From Candidatus Uhrbacteria bacterium (GTDB lineage: Bacteria > Patescibacteriota > Patescibacteriia > UBA9934 > GWF2-40-263), in NCBI GenBank assembly GCA_026395055.1, contig JAPLZK010000002.1:128154-192153 (forward strand): a stretch of DNA of 64,000 bases, read 5' to 3'. Every line of letters begins with the position of its first letter. Within the stretch, counting starts at the first letter, position 1. Under the pieces are notes generated by a model that made no database searches, was not told the origin of the DNA, and saw only the letters and a list, made by a program, of their open reading frames with translations. The position numbers were made by a program, and so were the translations under genes. Positions 8,058 through 18,357 of this stretch are shown here, one piece after another.

Positions 8058-10100
8058 ATGAATATTACAGAACTAGCTCGTCGTCTTCGTGTTCGCCCTG
8101 ATGAGCTCTTGCAAAAATTGCCAGAGCTCGGTTTTGCGGTTGGTGCACGTGCCATTAAGGTAGACGACCGCCAAGCACAAAAAATCATTGAAGCGTGGGC
8201 AGAAATGAGTCGAAAAGATCGTCTTGCCCGAAAAATGGAAATGCAAAAAGCGCATTCCGGACAACGACTTGAAATGCCAGAAGAAGATCGTAAGCCCGTG
8301 AAGATTCCTGCAATCACCACGGTGCGCGATTTTGCGTCTCTGTTGAATTTGTCCGTGCCTCGCATCATGCAAGAGCTCATGAAGAACGGAATTCTTGCAA
8401 GTATTAACGAACGTATCGACTTTGATACCGCATCTATTATTGCAGAAGATCTTGGATTTCGTGCGGAGCTTGATACAAATACAAAAAATAATAATGAGGA
8501 CACTTCGGGAATCGACAAAATTCGCGAACGATCAGATAGTGAAAAGAAAGAAGATTTGGTTACACGCCCACCGGTTATTGTTGTCATGGGACACGTTGAT
8601 CATGGTAAAACAAAATTGTTGGACGCGATCCGTACAACAAACGTGATGGCAACAGAAGCCGGAGGAATCACACAGCACATTGGTGCGTATCAAGTGGAAC
8701 GTAACGGTCGTCATCTCACATTTATTGATACTCCAGGGCACGAAGCGTTTACGGTTATGCGTTCTCGTGGAGCAAAGGTTGCAGACATCGCTATTCTTGT
8801 GGTCGCGGCAGATGACGGTGTGCAACCACAAACAAAAGAAGCCATTAACATCATCAAATCCGCAAACCTTCCATTCATTGTTGCACTCAACAAGATTGAT
8901 AAAGAGGGAGCAAACATTGATCGTGTCAAAGGACAGCTTGCGGAACTCGGTATCACATCAGAAGATTGGGGTGGAACAAGTATTGTGGTTCCTGTTTCTG
9001 CGCGTGAAGGAAAAAATATTGATCAATTGCTAGACATGTTGCTCCTTGTCACAGACATGGAGAAAGATCACATTGTTGCAAATCCAAAAGCGCGTGCGAT
9101 TGGAACGGTTGTGGAATCACACGTGGATACAGGAACCGGTCCTGTTGCAACCGTGCTTGTTCAAAGTGGAACGCTTAGTGTTGGGGACACATTGTCTATT
9201 CGTGACACGCTTTATGGTCGCGTTCGCGCCATGAAAGATTGGAATGGAAAAACACTTGTGAAAGCAACACCATCTACTCCTGTTGAGATCGTTGGATTTA
9301 AAGTCGCACCAGCTGTGGGTGATGTCATGGACGTTCCAGATCCATCCAAGGAATTGAAAAAAATGAAAGCAACAGACAGCTCGATGAAAGCAACAGAAGA
9401 AATGGCATCTATTCATCACACACAGGCGCAATCAGAAGAATCCAAGTCAGAGGAAAATAAGAAACATGTTTTGCCACTCATCATTCGCTCAGACGTTCTT
9501 GGGTCCCTTGAAGCAATCTTGGGAATGATCGATAAAATCAAACATGCAGACGTTTCCGTAAAAGTTATCAAGAAAGGACTTGGAAACATTACGGATACAG
9601 ATGTGCAAGACGCAGAAGCAGGCGGAGCGATTATCATGGCGTTTAATACGCGTCCAAACGGAACGGCCGAGATTCTAGCACGTGACAAACATGTCTCCAT
9701 CCGTAAGTATGATATTATTTACAAACTGTTTGATGACGTGATTGAAGAGTTGAAGAAATTGCTTCCGGCAGAACTCATTATTACGGAACTTGGTGGATTT
9801 GAAGTGGTCAAAGTCTTCCGTAAAACAGATCATGGATTTATTGTGGGAGGAAAAGTAAAGAAATCAAAAATCCTCCCAAAGACCAAGTTGCGTATTTCAC
9901 GTAACGGCGAATATGTTGGTGAAGGAGAGATCCTTGCACTTCAACTGGGTCCAGGAGAAATCAAAGAAGGACAACCCGGACAAGAAATCGGTTTGTCGTT
10001 CAAAGGAAAAGTAAAACCAGAAGAAGGAGATATCTTCGAAACATATACAGAAGAGAAGATTACAAAGTTATTTAAGATCGAAGGGATCGACGCGCGATAA
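8058..10100 (+). CDS. infB: Translation initiation factor IF-2
   Basis: [24 protein letters not shown] and NKID. Promoter TTGACC-17-TATACT at 8017-8045. Confidence 0.98.
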   Translation: MNITELARRLRVRPDELLQKLPELGFAVGARAIKVDDRQAQKIIEAWAEMSRKDRLARKMEMQKAHSGQRLEMPEEDRKPVKIPAITTVRDFASLLNLSVPRIMQELMKNGILASINERIDFDTASIIAEDLGFRAELDTNTKNNNEDTSGIDKIRERSDSEKKEDLVTRPPVIVVMGHVDHGKTKLLDAIRTTNVMATEAGGITQHIGAYQVERNGRHLTFIDTPGHEAFTVMRSRGAKVADIAILVVAADDGVQPQTKEAINIIKSANLPFIVALNKIDKEGANIDRVKGQLAELGITSEDWGGTSIVVPVSAREGKNIDQLLDMLLLVTDMEKDHIVANPKARAIGTVVESHVDTGTGPVATVLVQSGTLSVGDTLSIRDTLYGRVRAMKDWNGKTLVKATPSTPVEIVGFKVAPAVGDVMDVPDPSKELKKMKATDSSMKATEEMASIHHTQAQSEESKSEENKKHVLPLIIRSDVLGSLEAILGMIDKIKHADVSVKVIKKGLGNITDTDVQDAEAGGAIIMAFNTRPNGTAEILARDKHVSIRKYDIIYKLFDDVIEELKKLLPAELIITELGGFEVVKVFRKTDHGFIVGGKVKKSKILPKTKLRISRNGEYVGEGEILALQLGPGEIKEGQPGQEIGLSFKGKVKPEEGDIFETYTEEKITKLFKIEGIDAR

Positions 10101-10120
10101 TAAAATTCCAAGAGAATAAA

Positions 10121-10212
10121 TACGAATATCGAATAACGAAATTCGAAAACCAAAGAAATTATTTACCTGTTTTCGTCTTTCGGATTTCGAGTTTCGAATT
10201 TATTCATTCTTG
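10121..10212. repeat. Inverted degenerate heptamer (CGAA-containing) repeat in the infB-trxA spacer
   Basis: tacgaatatcgaataacgaaattcgaaaac ... gttttcgtctttcggatttcgagtttcgaatt. Confidence 0.55.
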
Positions 10213-10229
10213 GTGCTTAATTTTACCTT

Positions 10230-10550
10230 ATGTCCGAGCTTGTCCTCACAGAAGAAAATTTTGATCAATCCGTTTTACAGGCAGATAAACTAGTTCTCGT
10301 AGATTTTTGGGCATCGTGGTGCGGACCATGCAAAATGATGGCGCCGGTTCTTGAAGAGCTCGCACAGGAAATGGATTCTGTGATCATCGGAAAAATAAAT
10401 GTTGATGAACAGTCTTCGCTTGCACAGCGTTTCAACATTCTCTCCATTCCTACATTTATTTTGTTCAAGAAGGGGGAAGTCATCGAACAGTTTTCGGGAG
10501 CAATGGCAAAACAGGCACTCAAAGATCACGTTGAAAAACACCTTTCTTAA
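10230..10550 (+). CDS. trxA: Thioredoxin
   Basis: VDFWASWCGPCK active site. Confidence 0.97.
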   Translation: MSELVLTEENFDQSVLQADKLVLVDFWASWCGPCKMMAPVLEELAQEMDSVIIGKINVDEQSSLAQRFNILSIPTFILFKKGEVIEQFSGAMAKQALKDHVEKHLS

Positions 10551-10600
10551 AGCAATAAAGAGTCGCAAAGAATATTTGCGACTCTTTGCTATGTTTATCT

Positions 10601-11536
10601 ATGGAAATACAAGATCTCATCATTATCGGTTCGGGTCCAGCAGGATACACGGCAGCAATTTACGCTGCGCGTGCAGAATTAAAACCTGTTTTATTTGAAG
10701 GACAGGTTGCAGGTGGTCAACCGGGTGGGCAACTCATGCTCACAACGGACGTTGAAAACTTTCCAGGATTCCCCGCAGGAATCATGGGGCCAGATCTCAT
10801 GGTTGAAATGAAAAAACAAGCAGAGCGATTTGGAACAAACATCATTCCAAAAGATGTTACGCGTGTAGATTTTTCCGTGCGACCATTCCTTGTTGTTTCT
10901 GGTGACGACGAATATCGCGCAAACAGCGTCATTATTTGTACGGGTGCACAAGCAAAGTGGCTTGGGGTTCCAGGGGAACAAACATTTCAAGGTCGCGGAG
11001 TTTCTGCCTGTGCAACCTGTGACGGATTTTTCTTCAAAGAAAAACAGGTCGTGGTTGTTGGTGGGGGAGATGCGGCATTGGAAGAAGCAAATTTTCTTAC
11101 GCGTTTTGCCTCAAAGCTCACACTTCTTGTTCGATCTGAAACATTACGTGCATCAAAGATCATGCAAGAACGTATGAAAGCAAATCCAAAAATTGAAATT
11201 TTGTGGAATACAGAAGTTGCAGAAGTGGTTGGAGATGTAAAGATGACAGGACTCAAATTAAAAAACAATAAAACAGGTGAGGTGTCGGATTTTGCTGCGG
11301 ATGGACTTTTCGTGGCGATTGGTCACAAGCCGAACACAGAATTGTTTCAAGGGCAGCTCGAACTCGACTCGGTTGGATATATCGTGACGCAACCACATTC
11401 AACGGCGACAAGTGTTGAGGGGGTGTATGCGGGAGGAGACGTTGCAGATCATGTGTACCGTCAAGCCATCAGTGCCGCGGGAACAGGATGTATGGCCGCG
11501 CTCGACGCAGAACGATTCCTAAGCCGAAACCACTAA
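10601..11536 (+). CDS. trxB: Thioredoxin-disulfide reductase
   Basis: IIGSGPAGYTAAIY, GVSACATCDGFFF, GGGDAALEEA and YRQAISAAGTG. Confidence 0.97.
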   Translation: MEIQDLIIIGSGPAGYTAAIYAARAELKPVLFEGQVAGGQPGGQLMLTTDVENFPGFPAGIMGPDLMVEMKKQAERFGTNIIPKDVTRVDFSVRPFLVVSGDDEYRANSVIICTGAQAKWLGVPGEQTFQGRGVSACATCDGFFFKEKQVVVVGGGDAALEEANFLTRFASKLTLLVRSETLRASKIMQERMKANPKIEILWNTEVAEVVGDVKMTGLKLKNNKTGEVSDFAADGLFVAIGHKPNTELFQGQLELDSVGYIVTQPHSTATSVEGVYAGGDVADHVYRQAISAAGTGCMAALDAERFLSRNH

Positions 11537-11669
11537 AAGACCAACAAAAACATCCTGTTTTATCAGGATGTTTTTTTGTTACATCCATTGACAAAACCGT
11601 GATTTTTTGATACATTATGCGCTTCGCGTGCGGACGGCGCGCGCGATGTTCTTGCAACTTGGAGGTGTT

Positions 11670-13625
11670 ATGCAACCGATTCCTGAAGAGGCTTCTTCTT
11701 TGTCTCGTGCGTGGAAATGGATTGTTGGCAGGCCACGGAGTCTTGCGGATAACCGGATCTTTCATCAGTTGTCTTTGATTCCGTTTCTTGCATGGGTTGG
11801 ACTTGGAGCAGATGGACTTTCGTCCTCTGCCTACGGTCCGCCTGAATCCTTCGCCGCGCTCGGTGAACATCGTTGGCTCGCGCTCGCGCTTGCGACCATG
11901 ACCGCCGTTACCGTGCTCATCATCTCGATGGCATATACGCGCATCATTGCCGCGTTCCCGAATGGGGGTGGTGGCTATGTGGTTGCGACGCGTTTGCTTG
12001 GGCCGGTACCGGGAGTTGTTTCCGGTTCCGCGCTTCTTGTGGACTATATGCTCACGGTCACGGTTTCGATCGCGGCTGCGGGTGATGCGCTGTTCAGTTT
12101 TCTTCCGGTCGGCGCGCTTGTGTTCAAGCTCGCATTCGAGATTTTCATCTTGACCGGTATGATTCTTCTGAACTTACGCGGTGTGCGTGAGGCGATTCTT
12201 CCACTCGTTCCTGTATTCCTCTTGTTTCTCGTGACGCACATCGTGCTGATCGCGGCTGGACTTTTCAGTCCGCATACGACTGCGCCAATTGTGTCACAGG
12301 TTACGGTAGGGTTTCACACAAGCTACACCAAACTCGGCATGCTTGGGATGTTTCTCTTGTTTGCACGCGCGTGGTCGCTTGGTGGTGGAACGTATACGGG
12401 TATTGAAGCTGTGTCGAATGGTCTTCCGATCTTGCGTGAGCCGCGTGCGAAAACCGCGCGTATCACCATGACGTACATGGCCGCTTCGCTTGCCCTTACT
12501 GCTGCGGGTCTGCTCATCTGCTATTTGCTTGCGGACGTGCATCCCGTTGATGGTCAAACGTTGAACGCAATCCTTGCGGAACGCGTCTCACAGGGTTGGC
12601 CTGGTGGCAAAATGTTTTCGGTCGTCACGTTGATTGCAGAAGGTGCATTGCTTGTCGTTGGAGCCCAAGCGGGCTTTCTTGATGGGCCGCGTGTCCTTTC
12701 GAACATGGCGCTTGATGGCTGGGCACCGCGGCGTTTCGCTGCGTTGTCGCAACAGCTCACCACGCAAAACGGCATTATGCTGATTGGCGGAGCTTCGCTC
12801 CTTGCTCTTTGGTATACGAAGGGTGATGTAGGACAGCTTGTCGTCATGTATAGCATCAACGTGTTTCTCACGTTCTCGCTTTCCATGCTCGGCATGCTCC
12901 GGAAGTCGATTCGTAAGAAGAGTTTTTCGGACATCCTGTTGTTCACGATCGCATTCGTCTTGTGCGCTTCGATTCTCTGTGTGACGGCGTTTGAGAAATT
13001 TCTTGACGGCGGATGGATCACGCTTGTGGTTACGTTCGGACTCGTCATGCTCTTTGTCGCCATTCGCTCACATTATCGCGCGGTGGCAAATCAATTGCCG
13101 TCGCTTGATGCAGACTTGCCGCAAATTGAATTGCCGGAAGTTGTCACGCATTCTGTGCTTGATCCGAGTTCTGCAACCGCCGCGATTCTCGTTGGTGGAT
13201 ACAATGGTGTTGGTCATCAGACACTGAATGTGATTCAACAGACCTTTCCTGGTCACTACAAAAATGTCGTTTTCATTGCGGTTGGGACCGTGGATTCTGC
13301 AACCATCAAAGATGAACACGAGCTCCAAGTGCTTCGTGCACGGACGCATGAGTCCACACAGCGGTACGTTCTTTTGGGACAATCGCTCGGATTGAATGCA
13401 ACCGGAATGGACTGTGTTGGAACCGACCCTGTCCAAGAGCTCGAAAAGCTTTGTCTCATTGCAGCAACGGTTTATCCAAGCATTACGTTCTTTGCTGGAC
13501 AGATCATTTTCGGAAAAGAAAAGTGGTGGCACACGTTCCTCCACAATCATACTGCGGACGGACTGCAAAAGCGTTTGCAAGTTGATGGTCACACGATGGT
13601 GATCCTCCCCGTCCGTCTTCACTGA
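11670..13625 (+). CDS. APC family permease, KimA/YdaO-like potassium transporter
   Basis: GADGLSSSAYGP, FPNGGGGYVVA, LLVDYMLTVTVS and YTGIEAVSNG; ~12 TM plus soluble C-terminal domain. TTGACA-17-TACATT promoter at 11588, GGAGG SD, terminator at 13624-13650. Confidence 0.85.
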   Translation: MQPIPEEASSLSRAWKWIVGRPRSLADNRIFHQLSLIPFLAWVGLGADGLSSSAYGPPESFAALGEHRWLALALATMTAVTVLIISMAYTRIIAAFPNGGGGYVVATRLLGPVPGVVSGSALLVDYMLTVTVSIAAAGDALFSFLPVGALVFKLAFEIFILTGMILLNLRGVREAILPLVPVFLLFLVTHIVLIAAGLFSPHTTAPIVSQVTVGFHTSYTKLGMLGMFLLFARAWSLGGGTYTGIEAVSNGLPILREPRAKTARITMTYMAASLALTAAGLLICYLLADVHPVDGQTLNAILAERVSQGWPGGKMFSVVTLIAEGALLVVGAQAGFLDGPRVLSNMALDGWAPRRFAALSQQLTTQNGIMLIGGASLLALWYTKGDVGQLVVMYSINVFLTFSLSMLGMLRKSIRKKSFSDILLFTIAFVLCASILCVTAFEKFLDGGWITLVVTFGLVMLFVAIRSHYRAVANQLPSLDADLPQIELPEVVTHSVLDPSSATAAILVGGYNGVGHQTLNVIQQTFPGHYKNVVFIAVGTVDSATIKDEHELQVLRARTHESTQRYVLLGQSLGLNATGMDCVGTDPVQELEKLCLIAATVYPSITFFAGQIIFGKEKWWHTFLHNHTADGLQKRLQVDGHTMVILPVRLH

Positions 13626-13746
13626 ACTCTCGCTCGAGAGTTCTTTTTTTGTTTATAGTGGATAACACATTCTCCGTTGACGCGTTGGATGGTTTCGATT
13701 AGAGTGTTTTCTTCACAACGTGTGAAGCGATTTTGAAGGAGTTGTC

Positions 13747-14217
13747 ATGGCGATGCCTACAATGGAAACATGGACAGATGAAGAACGGTGGTTCACGAAT
13801 AACATGTTGTTGATCACGATCCCATCTCTGCTCACCTTTGTTTTGTCTGTCCTTTTTGGATGCAGTGAAAACTTCTGTCTCCTTGCATACGGATCGATCT
13901 GGGCCATCTTTGCCCTAAAACAATTGTGTAGAGAGGATCTGATGGGTAGCACGCCATTCGTCTGTTACGGCGCGCCACTCCTTATGAACATCGTTGCCAA
14001 TCTGGTCGTTGTTGTCCTTGCCGTGAAGGAACAGCCGTATGTTCGCGAAGAGATTGTCTCGGCGATCATCCTAACGCTCACGATTCTCTGGTCTGTTGTG
14101 CGTCAGAAGAAAGATTTGTCGTTGAAACGAGCGTTCGGCGTTCTCGCGATTCAACTTTCTTTTACGGCGGTCACGCTTTACAGCATCGTCACCTATTACA
14201 TGTCGAGCCATCAGTAA
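13747..14217 (+). CDS. Hypothetical membrane protein
   Basis: About 5 hydrophobic segments. TTGACG promoter, AAGGAG SD and downstream hairpin plus T-run. Confidence 0.65.
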   Translation: MAMPTMETWTDEERWFTNNMLLITIPSLLTFVLSVLFGCSENFCLLAYGSIWAIFALKQLCREDLMGSTPFVCYGAPLLMNIVANLVVVVLAVKEQPYVREEIVSAIILTLTILWSVVRQKKDLSLKRAFGVLAIQLSFTAVTLYSIVTYYMSSHQ

Positions 14218-14362
14218 CCCTTGAGTCCACTTCGGACTCTTTTTTATTTATCCATTGACATCTGACGCATTTTCGTGTTCACTCTCGTTGGATCAAGGGC
14301 GCGGTGTCCTTGAAGTTCCTTGCAACACTTCGATACGCTCAGTGCCTAACGGGGAGACTTCC

Positions 14363-15490
14363 ATGTCGAATCGAGAATCTCAAATCGAGCGAGAGCGCCG
14401 ATGGGTTGTGAAAAAGTTTGATCCGTTATTTCTTGGTCGTGCGACGGAAGTGCAGCAGATCGTTCAGGGATATTTCGATGTTCTTGAAGATCAAAGCTTT
14501 CGTGTTCGCATTATCGATGACGAGCGAGCCATTGTGAATTTGAAGACGGGTACTGGAGAGGTGCGTAAAGAAGAAGAGGAATCTGCTTCTCTCCGACTGG
14601 CGCGCATCATGCTTTCTGCAACGTCGTTTCGTGTCGAAAAGACGCGGCATGTCATTGATGGATGGGAACTCGATGTGTTCAAGGGTCCGCTCGCAGGGAT
14701 TGTGATCCTTGAATACGAAGCACATGGCGACGAACCGATTCCGCCTCTTCCGTCATGGATTCATGATGCGATCGATGTGACGGACTCGCTCACGAATCTG
14801 CATCTCGCGCGCATGGCAAAAGAAATAAGCGGCGATGTGAATGAGCACGTCTCGCGCTATCTTGAACCGCGCTTGCCAAAGATTGTTCTCACAGGAGGGC
14901 CGTGCTCTGGGAAGAGTACGCTCATGCGTGAGGTGATCGAGAAATACGGCGATCGCGTGCATTGTGTACCCGAGGTTGCATCGATCTTGATTGCGCAGGT
15001 TGGGATTCTGCCGAGTGCGACAGACGAAAAACACAATGCGCGCTTTCAACAAATTCTTTATCGTGTACAGCGGTCGTTTGAAGAAGCGGCTGAGTTGCAA
15101 GCGATGAAGGATGGAAAGCAGGCGATTGTGCTTGATCGAGGAACGGTTGATGCCGTTGCGTACCTTCATGGGGAAGACAATCTCAAACGGCAGGCACACT
15201 TCACGATTGCGACCGGTCTTTCTGTGCGTGCAGAATTGAATCGGTATGCGCAAGTGATTTGCTTGGCTCCTCCGACTCGTGATGTCTTCGAGACACACAG
15301 AACAAACAATCCTGCGCGGAGCGAAACGTACGAACAAGCTGTAGAGCTTGGACGACGTTCGCATGCGGCTTGGCATGTGACAGGCTACCCAGAATGGAAT
15401 TACGTCCACTTCAAACAGGTCGATGGTAAAACATGGGTCGCAAAGCGCGATGCCGCGTTCAAGATTCTCGACTTTTATATTGATCGCTGA
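14363..15490 (+). CDS. CYTH domain + AAA_28 (NadR/Ttd14-type P-loop kinase) fusion
   Basis: N-terminal CYTH motifs ERERRW, QGY, RVR, EKTR and ELDVFKG...ILEYE. C-terminal IVLTGGPCSGKSTL, VPEVAS and LDRGTVDAVAY. Confidence 0.8.
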   Translation: MSNRESQIERERRWVVKKFDPLFLGRATEVQQIVQGYFDVLEDQSFRVRIIDDERAIVNLKTGTGEVRKEEEESASLRLARIMLSATSFRVEKTRHVIDGWELDVFKGPLAGIVILEYEAHGDEPIPPLPSWIHDAIDVTDSLTNLHLARMAKEISGDVNEHVSRYLEPRLPKIVLTGGPCSGKSTLMREVIEKYGDRVHCVPEVASILIAQVGILPSATDEKHNARFQQILYRVQRSFEEAAELQAMKDGKQAIVLDRGTVDAVAYLHGEDNLKRQAHFTIATGLSVRAELNRYAQVICLAPPTRDVFETHRTNNPARSETYEQAVELGRRSHAAWHVTGYPEWNYVHFKQVDGKTWVAKRDAAFKILDFYIDR

Positions 15491-15548
15491 ACCCATTCGG
15501 GTTCTTTTTTTATGTACAAAAAAAGACATCCAGAATGGATGTCGAGAA

Positions 15549-16460
15549 CTATGCGGCGTCTGTAATGGTGACTTCTTGGTTTGCTTCGGCGAATGGCTCT
15601 CGTCGAACAAACGGTTGTGAGCGATCCGTGTCGATGAAGTGTTGAAGATGTTTCACATCTGCTTCATACACCATCAGGTCGTACATATTTCCGTTTGTCT
15701 TTCCAACAACGGCGCGACAGGAGCGAAACGCTCCGTCATAGAGATTCTCCATTTCACGCGCACCGTCAAAGATGCGACGACGATCTCCGGATTTGTATGC
15801 AGGGTCTTCGTCGTTTGGTCGCGTGTGAACGTGTTCGATGACGAGCGGCGTGTTTGGTCGGCCGGCTTTGACGCTTACGCACCAGTTGTCTCGTTTGTTG
15901 TTGAGAATGATGAGATCAATCCCAAGCATACAATCTTCGAAAACGGAGGGGAGAAACACTCGACCCTGATTGGTTTCAAGAAACGTGCAAACGGTGCGTG
16001 CACAAGATGCGGCACCAACGAAAGAGGTTTCCCAGGCGTACTGATCAATTCCTCCCGCGCGTCCGAGAAGGTAAATCAGGTTGAGTTCTTGTGGGTGTAC
16101 GTCGATGAGCAATTTTGTCATGCGGTGTTGGATCATACATCCAAGAACAACGCGTGACCTGCGCTCTCGATCGTTCGCCTTGTCGTGATCGAAATGCTTC
16201 ATGAGTTTGTGAAGCAAGATTGTGTCAAACAAAAGGCGTTCGATGCGAGTGAGTCGAATCATGTAGGGGACGTCTGTGGTTGCGAGGTGCAACTCAAAGA
16301 TTTTTTCATGCGTCTGAACATGTCCCGTCAGGAACAACTGATAAGACGACGGAACGGACACGGGGAAGCGTGCATAGACGTTTGCACGCTTGATAGTGTC
16401 TGGCTGGAAGCGAAGCTTCTCACCCTTTGGTTCCATGGTATTCAGCTCGTTATGTTCCAT
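15549..16460 (-). CDS. Hypothetical protein, possible PD-(D/E)XK-fold nuclease
   Basis: C-terminal ED..LGIDLII......VSVK pattern. Start uncertain. Confidence 0.55.
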   Translation of the reverse strand: MEHNELNTMEPKGEKLRFQPDTIKRANVYARFPVSVPSSYQLFLTGHVQTHEKIFELHLATTDVPYMIRLTRIERLLFDTILLHKLMKHFDHDKANDRERRSRVVLGCMIQHRMTKLLIDVHPQELNLIYLLGRAGGIDQYAWETSFVGAASCARTVCTFLETNQGRVFLPSVFEDCMLGIDLIILNNKRDNWCVSVKAGRPNTPLVIEHVHTRPNDEDPAYKSGDRRRIFDGAREMENLYDGAFRSCRAVVGKTNGNMYDLMVYEADVKHLQHFIDTDRSQPFVRREPFAEANQEVTITDAA

Positions 16461-16598
16461 CAAAAAACGATCCAACACAATTGACCTCACGACGACGGCA
16501 CACGCCATCTTTGCGGAAAAGGACGATATCGAAGACTACCAAGAGAAACCTGTTGCGTCAAGGCTTTCTGTTTGTGATTGTGGTATAAAGGAGCTGTT

Positions 16599-18353
16599 AT
16601 GAAAAATCGATTCACCCATTTCCTTCTCGGAATTCTTTGTATTCTTGTTTTGATCTTTTCGATTTCGCGCTTTTATGCTCCTAAACAAGATCCTCGCCAG
16701 GTCTTCTCAAGTGGAATTCTTTCAAAATCCTTTTTCGATGATGCGTATAAAGCGGTTCCAAAACAGTCGCACGTGAGGGTGTTGTCCGTACTCAGCGCAC
16801 ATCATTTATTGATCGCAAATAAAATAGCAGAACTGTTTGATCGGATTGGATCTCGTCAGGTCCGAACGGTTGTTTTATTAAGTCCAAATCATTTTGATCA
16901 AGGAAAAACATCTGCACAAATAACGACAGGGAATTGGCAAACCCCCTATGGGATTCTTTCAACAGATGATGCGGCTGTGAAAAAGCTTGTTGCGTCGGTA
17001 GGACTCTCAATCGAGCCCAAGACGTTTATGAAGGAACACGGCATTCGTGCACTTACACCTTTTGTAAAACGATCCTTCCCAAACGCACGTCTTGTTCCAA
17101 TTGTTCTGCATGATGCGCTTTCAACTGAAAAAGCGGATGCGCTCGGTGTGGCTATCGCAAAAGAATTACCAAATGCGGTCGTGATCGCTTCTGCAGATAT
17201 TTCACATTATCTTCCAGAGTACGCTGCGACATATCACGACGAGGTAACACTTAATGCTCTCGAATCTGATGGGTGTAACGGGTGTGAATTAGAAGTAGAT
17301 GCAAATAGTGTGCTGCGCGTTTTATTTTCTTCGAATCGTGCTCGGGGTTCTGAAACATGGAATCTAACAGACCACGATTCTTCCCTTGGACTCGGAGTTG
17401 GGTCACAGCCAAAAGAAAATACTTCGCATATCCTTGGGTACTTTACAAAGGGGAAACCGAAGAATGAACCATTTGCCGCGATTCACGTAATTGGTGACGT
17501 TATGTTAGATCGAGATGTTCGAACAAAAATCACTGCTTATGGTGAAGCATATCCGTGGGAAAATATGCATCGATTTTTATCCGGCTCCAATCTCGTTGTC
17601 GGAAACCTGGAGGGAACGATTGGAACTATGACGAGTGATCATGCTTCTGTTGCACCGTACCGATTTATTTTCGATCCAAAATCCGTAGAAGCAATGAAGC
17701 CGTATGTTGATTTAGTAAGTTTGGCGAATAATCATTCTGGCGATCGTTTGGCAGACGGGGAAACAGAAACACGTGATGCATTGAGGCAACTCAATCTTCC
17801 GTGGTTTGGTTCGTATCACAATTCAGATATGCGAGTGGATCGGGTTGTGGGAAATAGGCAGATTGCCTTTGTTGCTTATCACGCGTTCGCTCCAAATGAA
17901 GAAGGTCTGAAAAAAGAAATTCACGATGCAAAAGAGGTTGGGAAATTCGTGATCGTGTATCCGCATTGGGGAACAGAATATGATCCATTGCCAGACGAGC
18001 AACAAAAACATCTTGCAGAACTTATGTCAGACGCGGGCGCAGATTTGATCATCGGAGGACACCCACATGTCGCGCAAGGATTCGATCAAATCGGAAAAAC
18101 ACCTATCGCATGGTCTCTTGGAAATTTTGTGTTCGATCAACCCATGTCGGACACATGGATGGCGATGACGCTCGGTGTTATACTGAAACAAAATTCCGTC
18201 GAACTTTACTTGTTGCCAGTGAATACAAAGAACGGTCAGCCGACCGTTGTGTCAGATCATGATGCAAAGACATTTTTTTCATCTCTTGCGGCAAGGTCGG
18301 CACCAGACTTCCAAGAACAAATTAAACAAGGACATCTAATTTTTTCTCGATAG
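16599..18353 (+). CDS. AmmeMemoRadiSam protein B (MEMO1-like) - CapA metallophosphatase fusion, N-terminal membrane anchor
   Basis: HH...LSPNHF, EHGI and ASADISHY (MEMO); GDVMLDR, GNLEG, SLANNH, HWGTEY, IGGHPHV and SLGNFVFDQ (CapA). Confidence 0.85.
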   Translation: MKNRFTHFLLGILCILVLIFSISRFYAPKQDPRQVFSSGILSKSFFDDAYKAVPKQSHVRVLSVLSAHHLLIANKIAELFDRIGSRQVRTVVLLSPNHFDQGKTSAQITTGNWQTPYGILSTDDAAVKKLVASVGLSIEPKTFMKEHGIRALTPFVKRSFPNARLVPIVLHDALSTEKADALGVAIAKELPNAVVIASADISHYLPEYAATYHDEVTLNALESDGCNGCELEVDANSVLRVLFSSNRARGSETWNLTDHDSSLGLGVGSQPKENTSHILGYFTKGKPKNEPFAAIHVIGDVMLDRDVRTKITAYGEAYPWENMHRFLSGSNLVVGNLEGTIGTMTSDHASVAPYRFIFDPKSVEAMKPYVDLVSLANNHSGDRLADGETETRDALRQLNLPWFGSYHNSDMRVDRVVGNRQIAFVAYHAFAPNEEGLKKEIHDAKEVGKFVIVYPHWGTEYDPLPDEQQKHLAELMSDAGADLIIGGHPHVAQGFDQIGKTPIAWSLGNFVFDQPMSDTWMAMTLGVILKQNSVELYLLPVNTKNGQPTVVSDHDAKTFFSSLAARSAPDFQEQIKQGHLIFSR

Positions 18354-18357
18354 CTTT

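Noticed and set aside
11588-11669. c-di-AMP (ydaO) riboswitch ahead of the KimA-like transporter
   Set aside because: The predicted leader is only about 50 nt, too short and lacking the motif.
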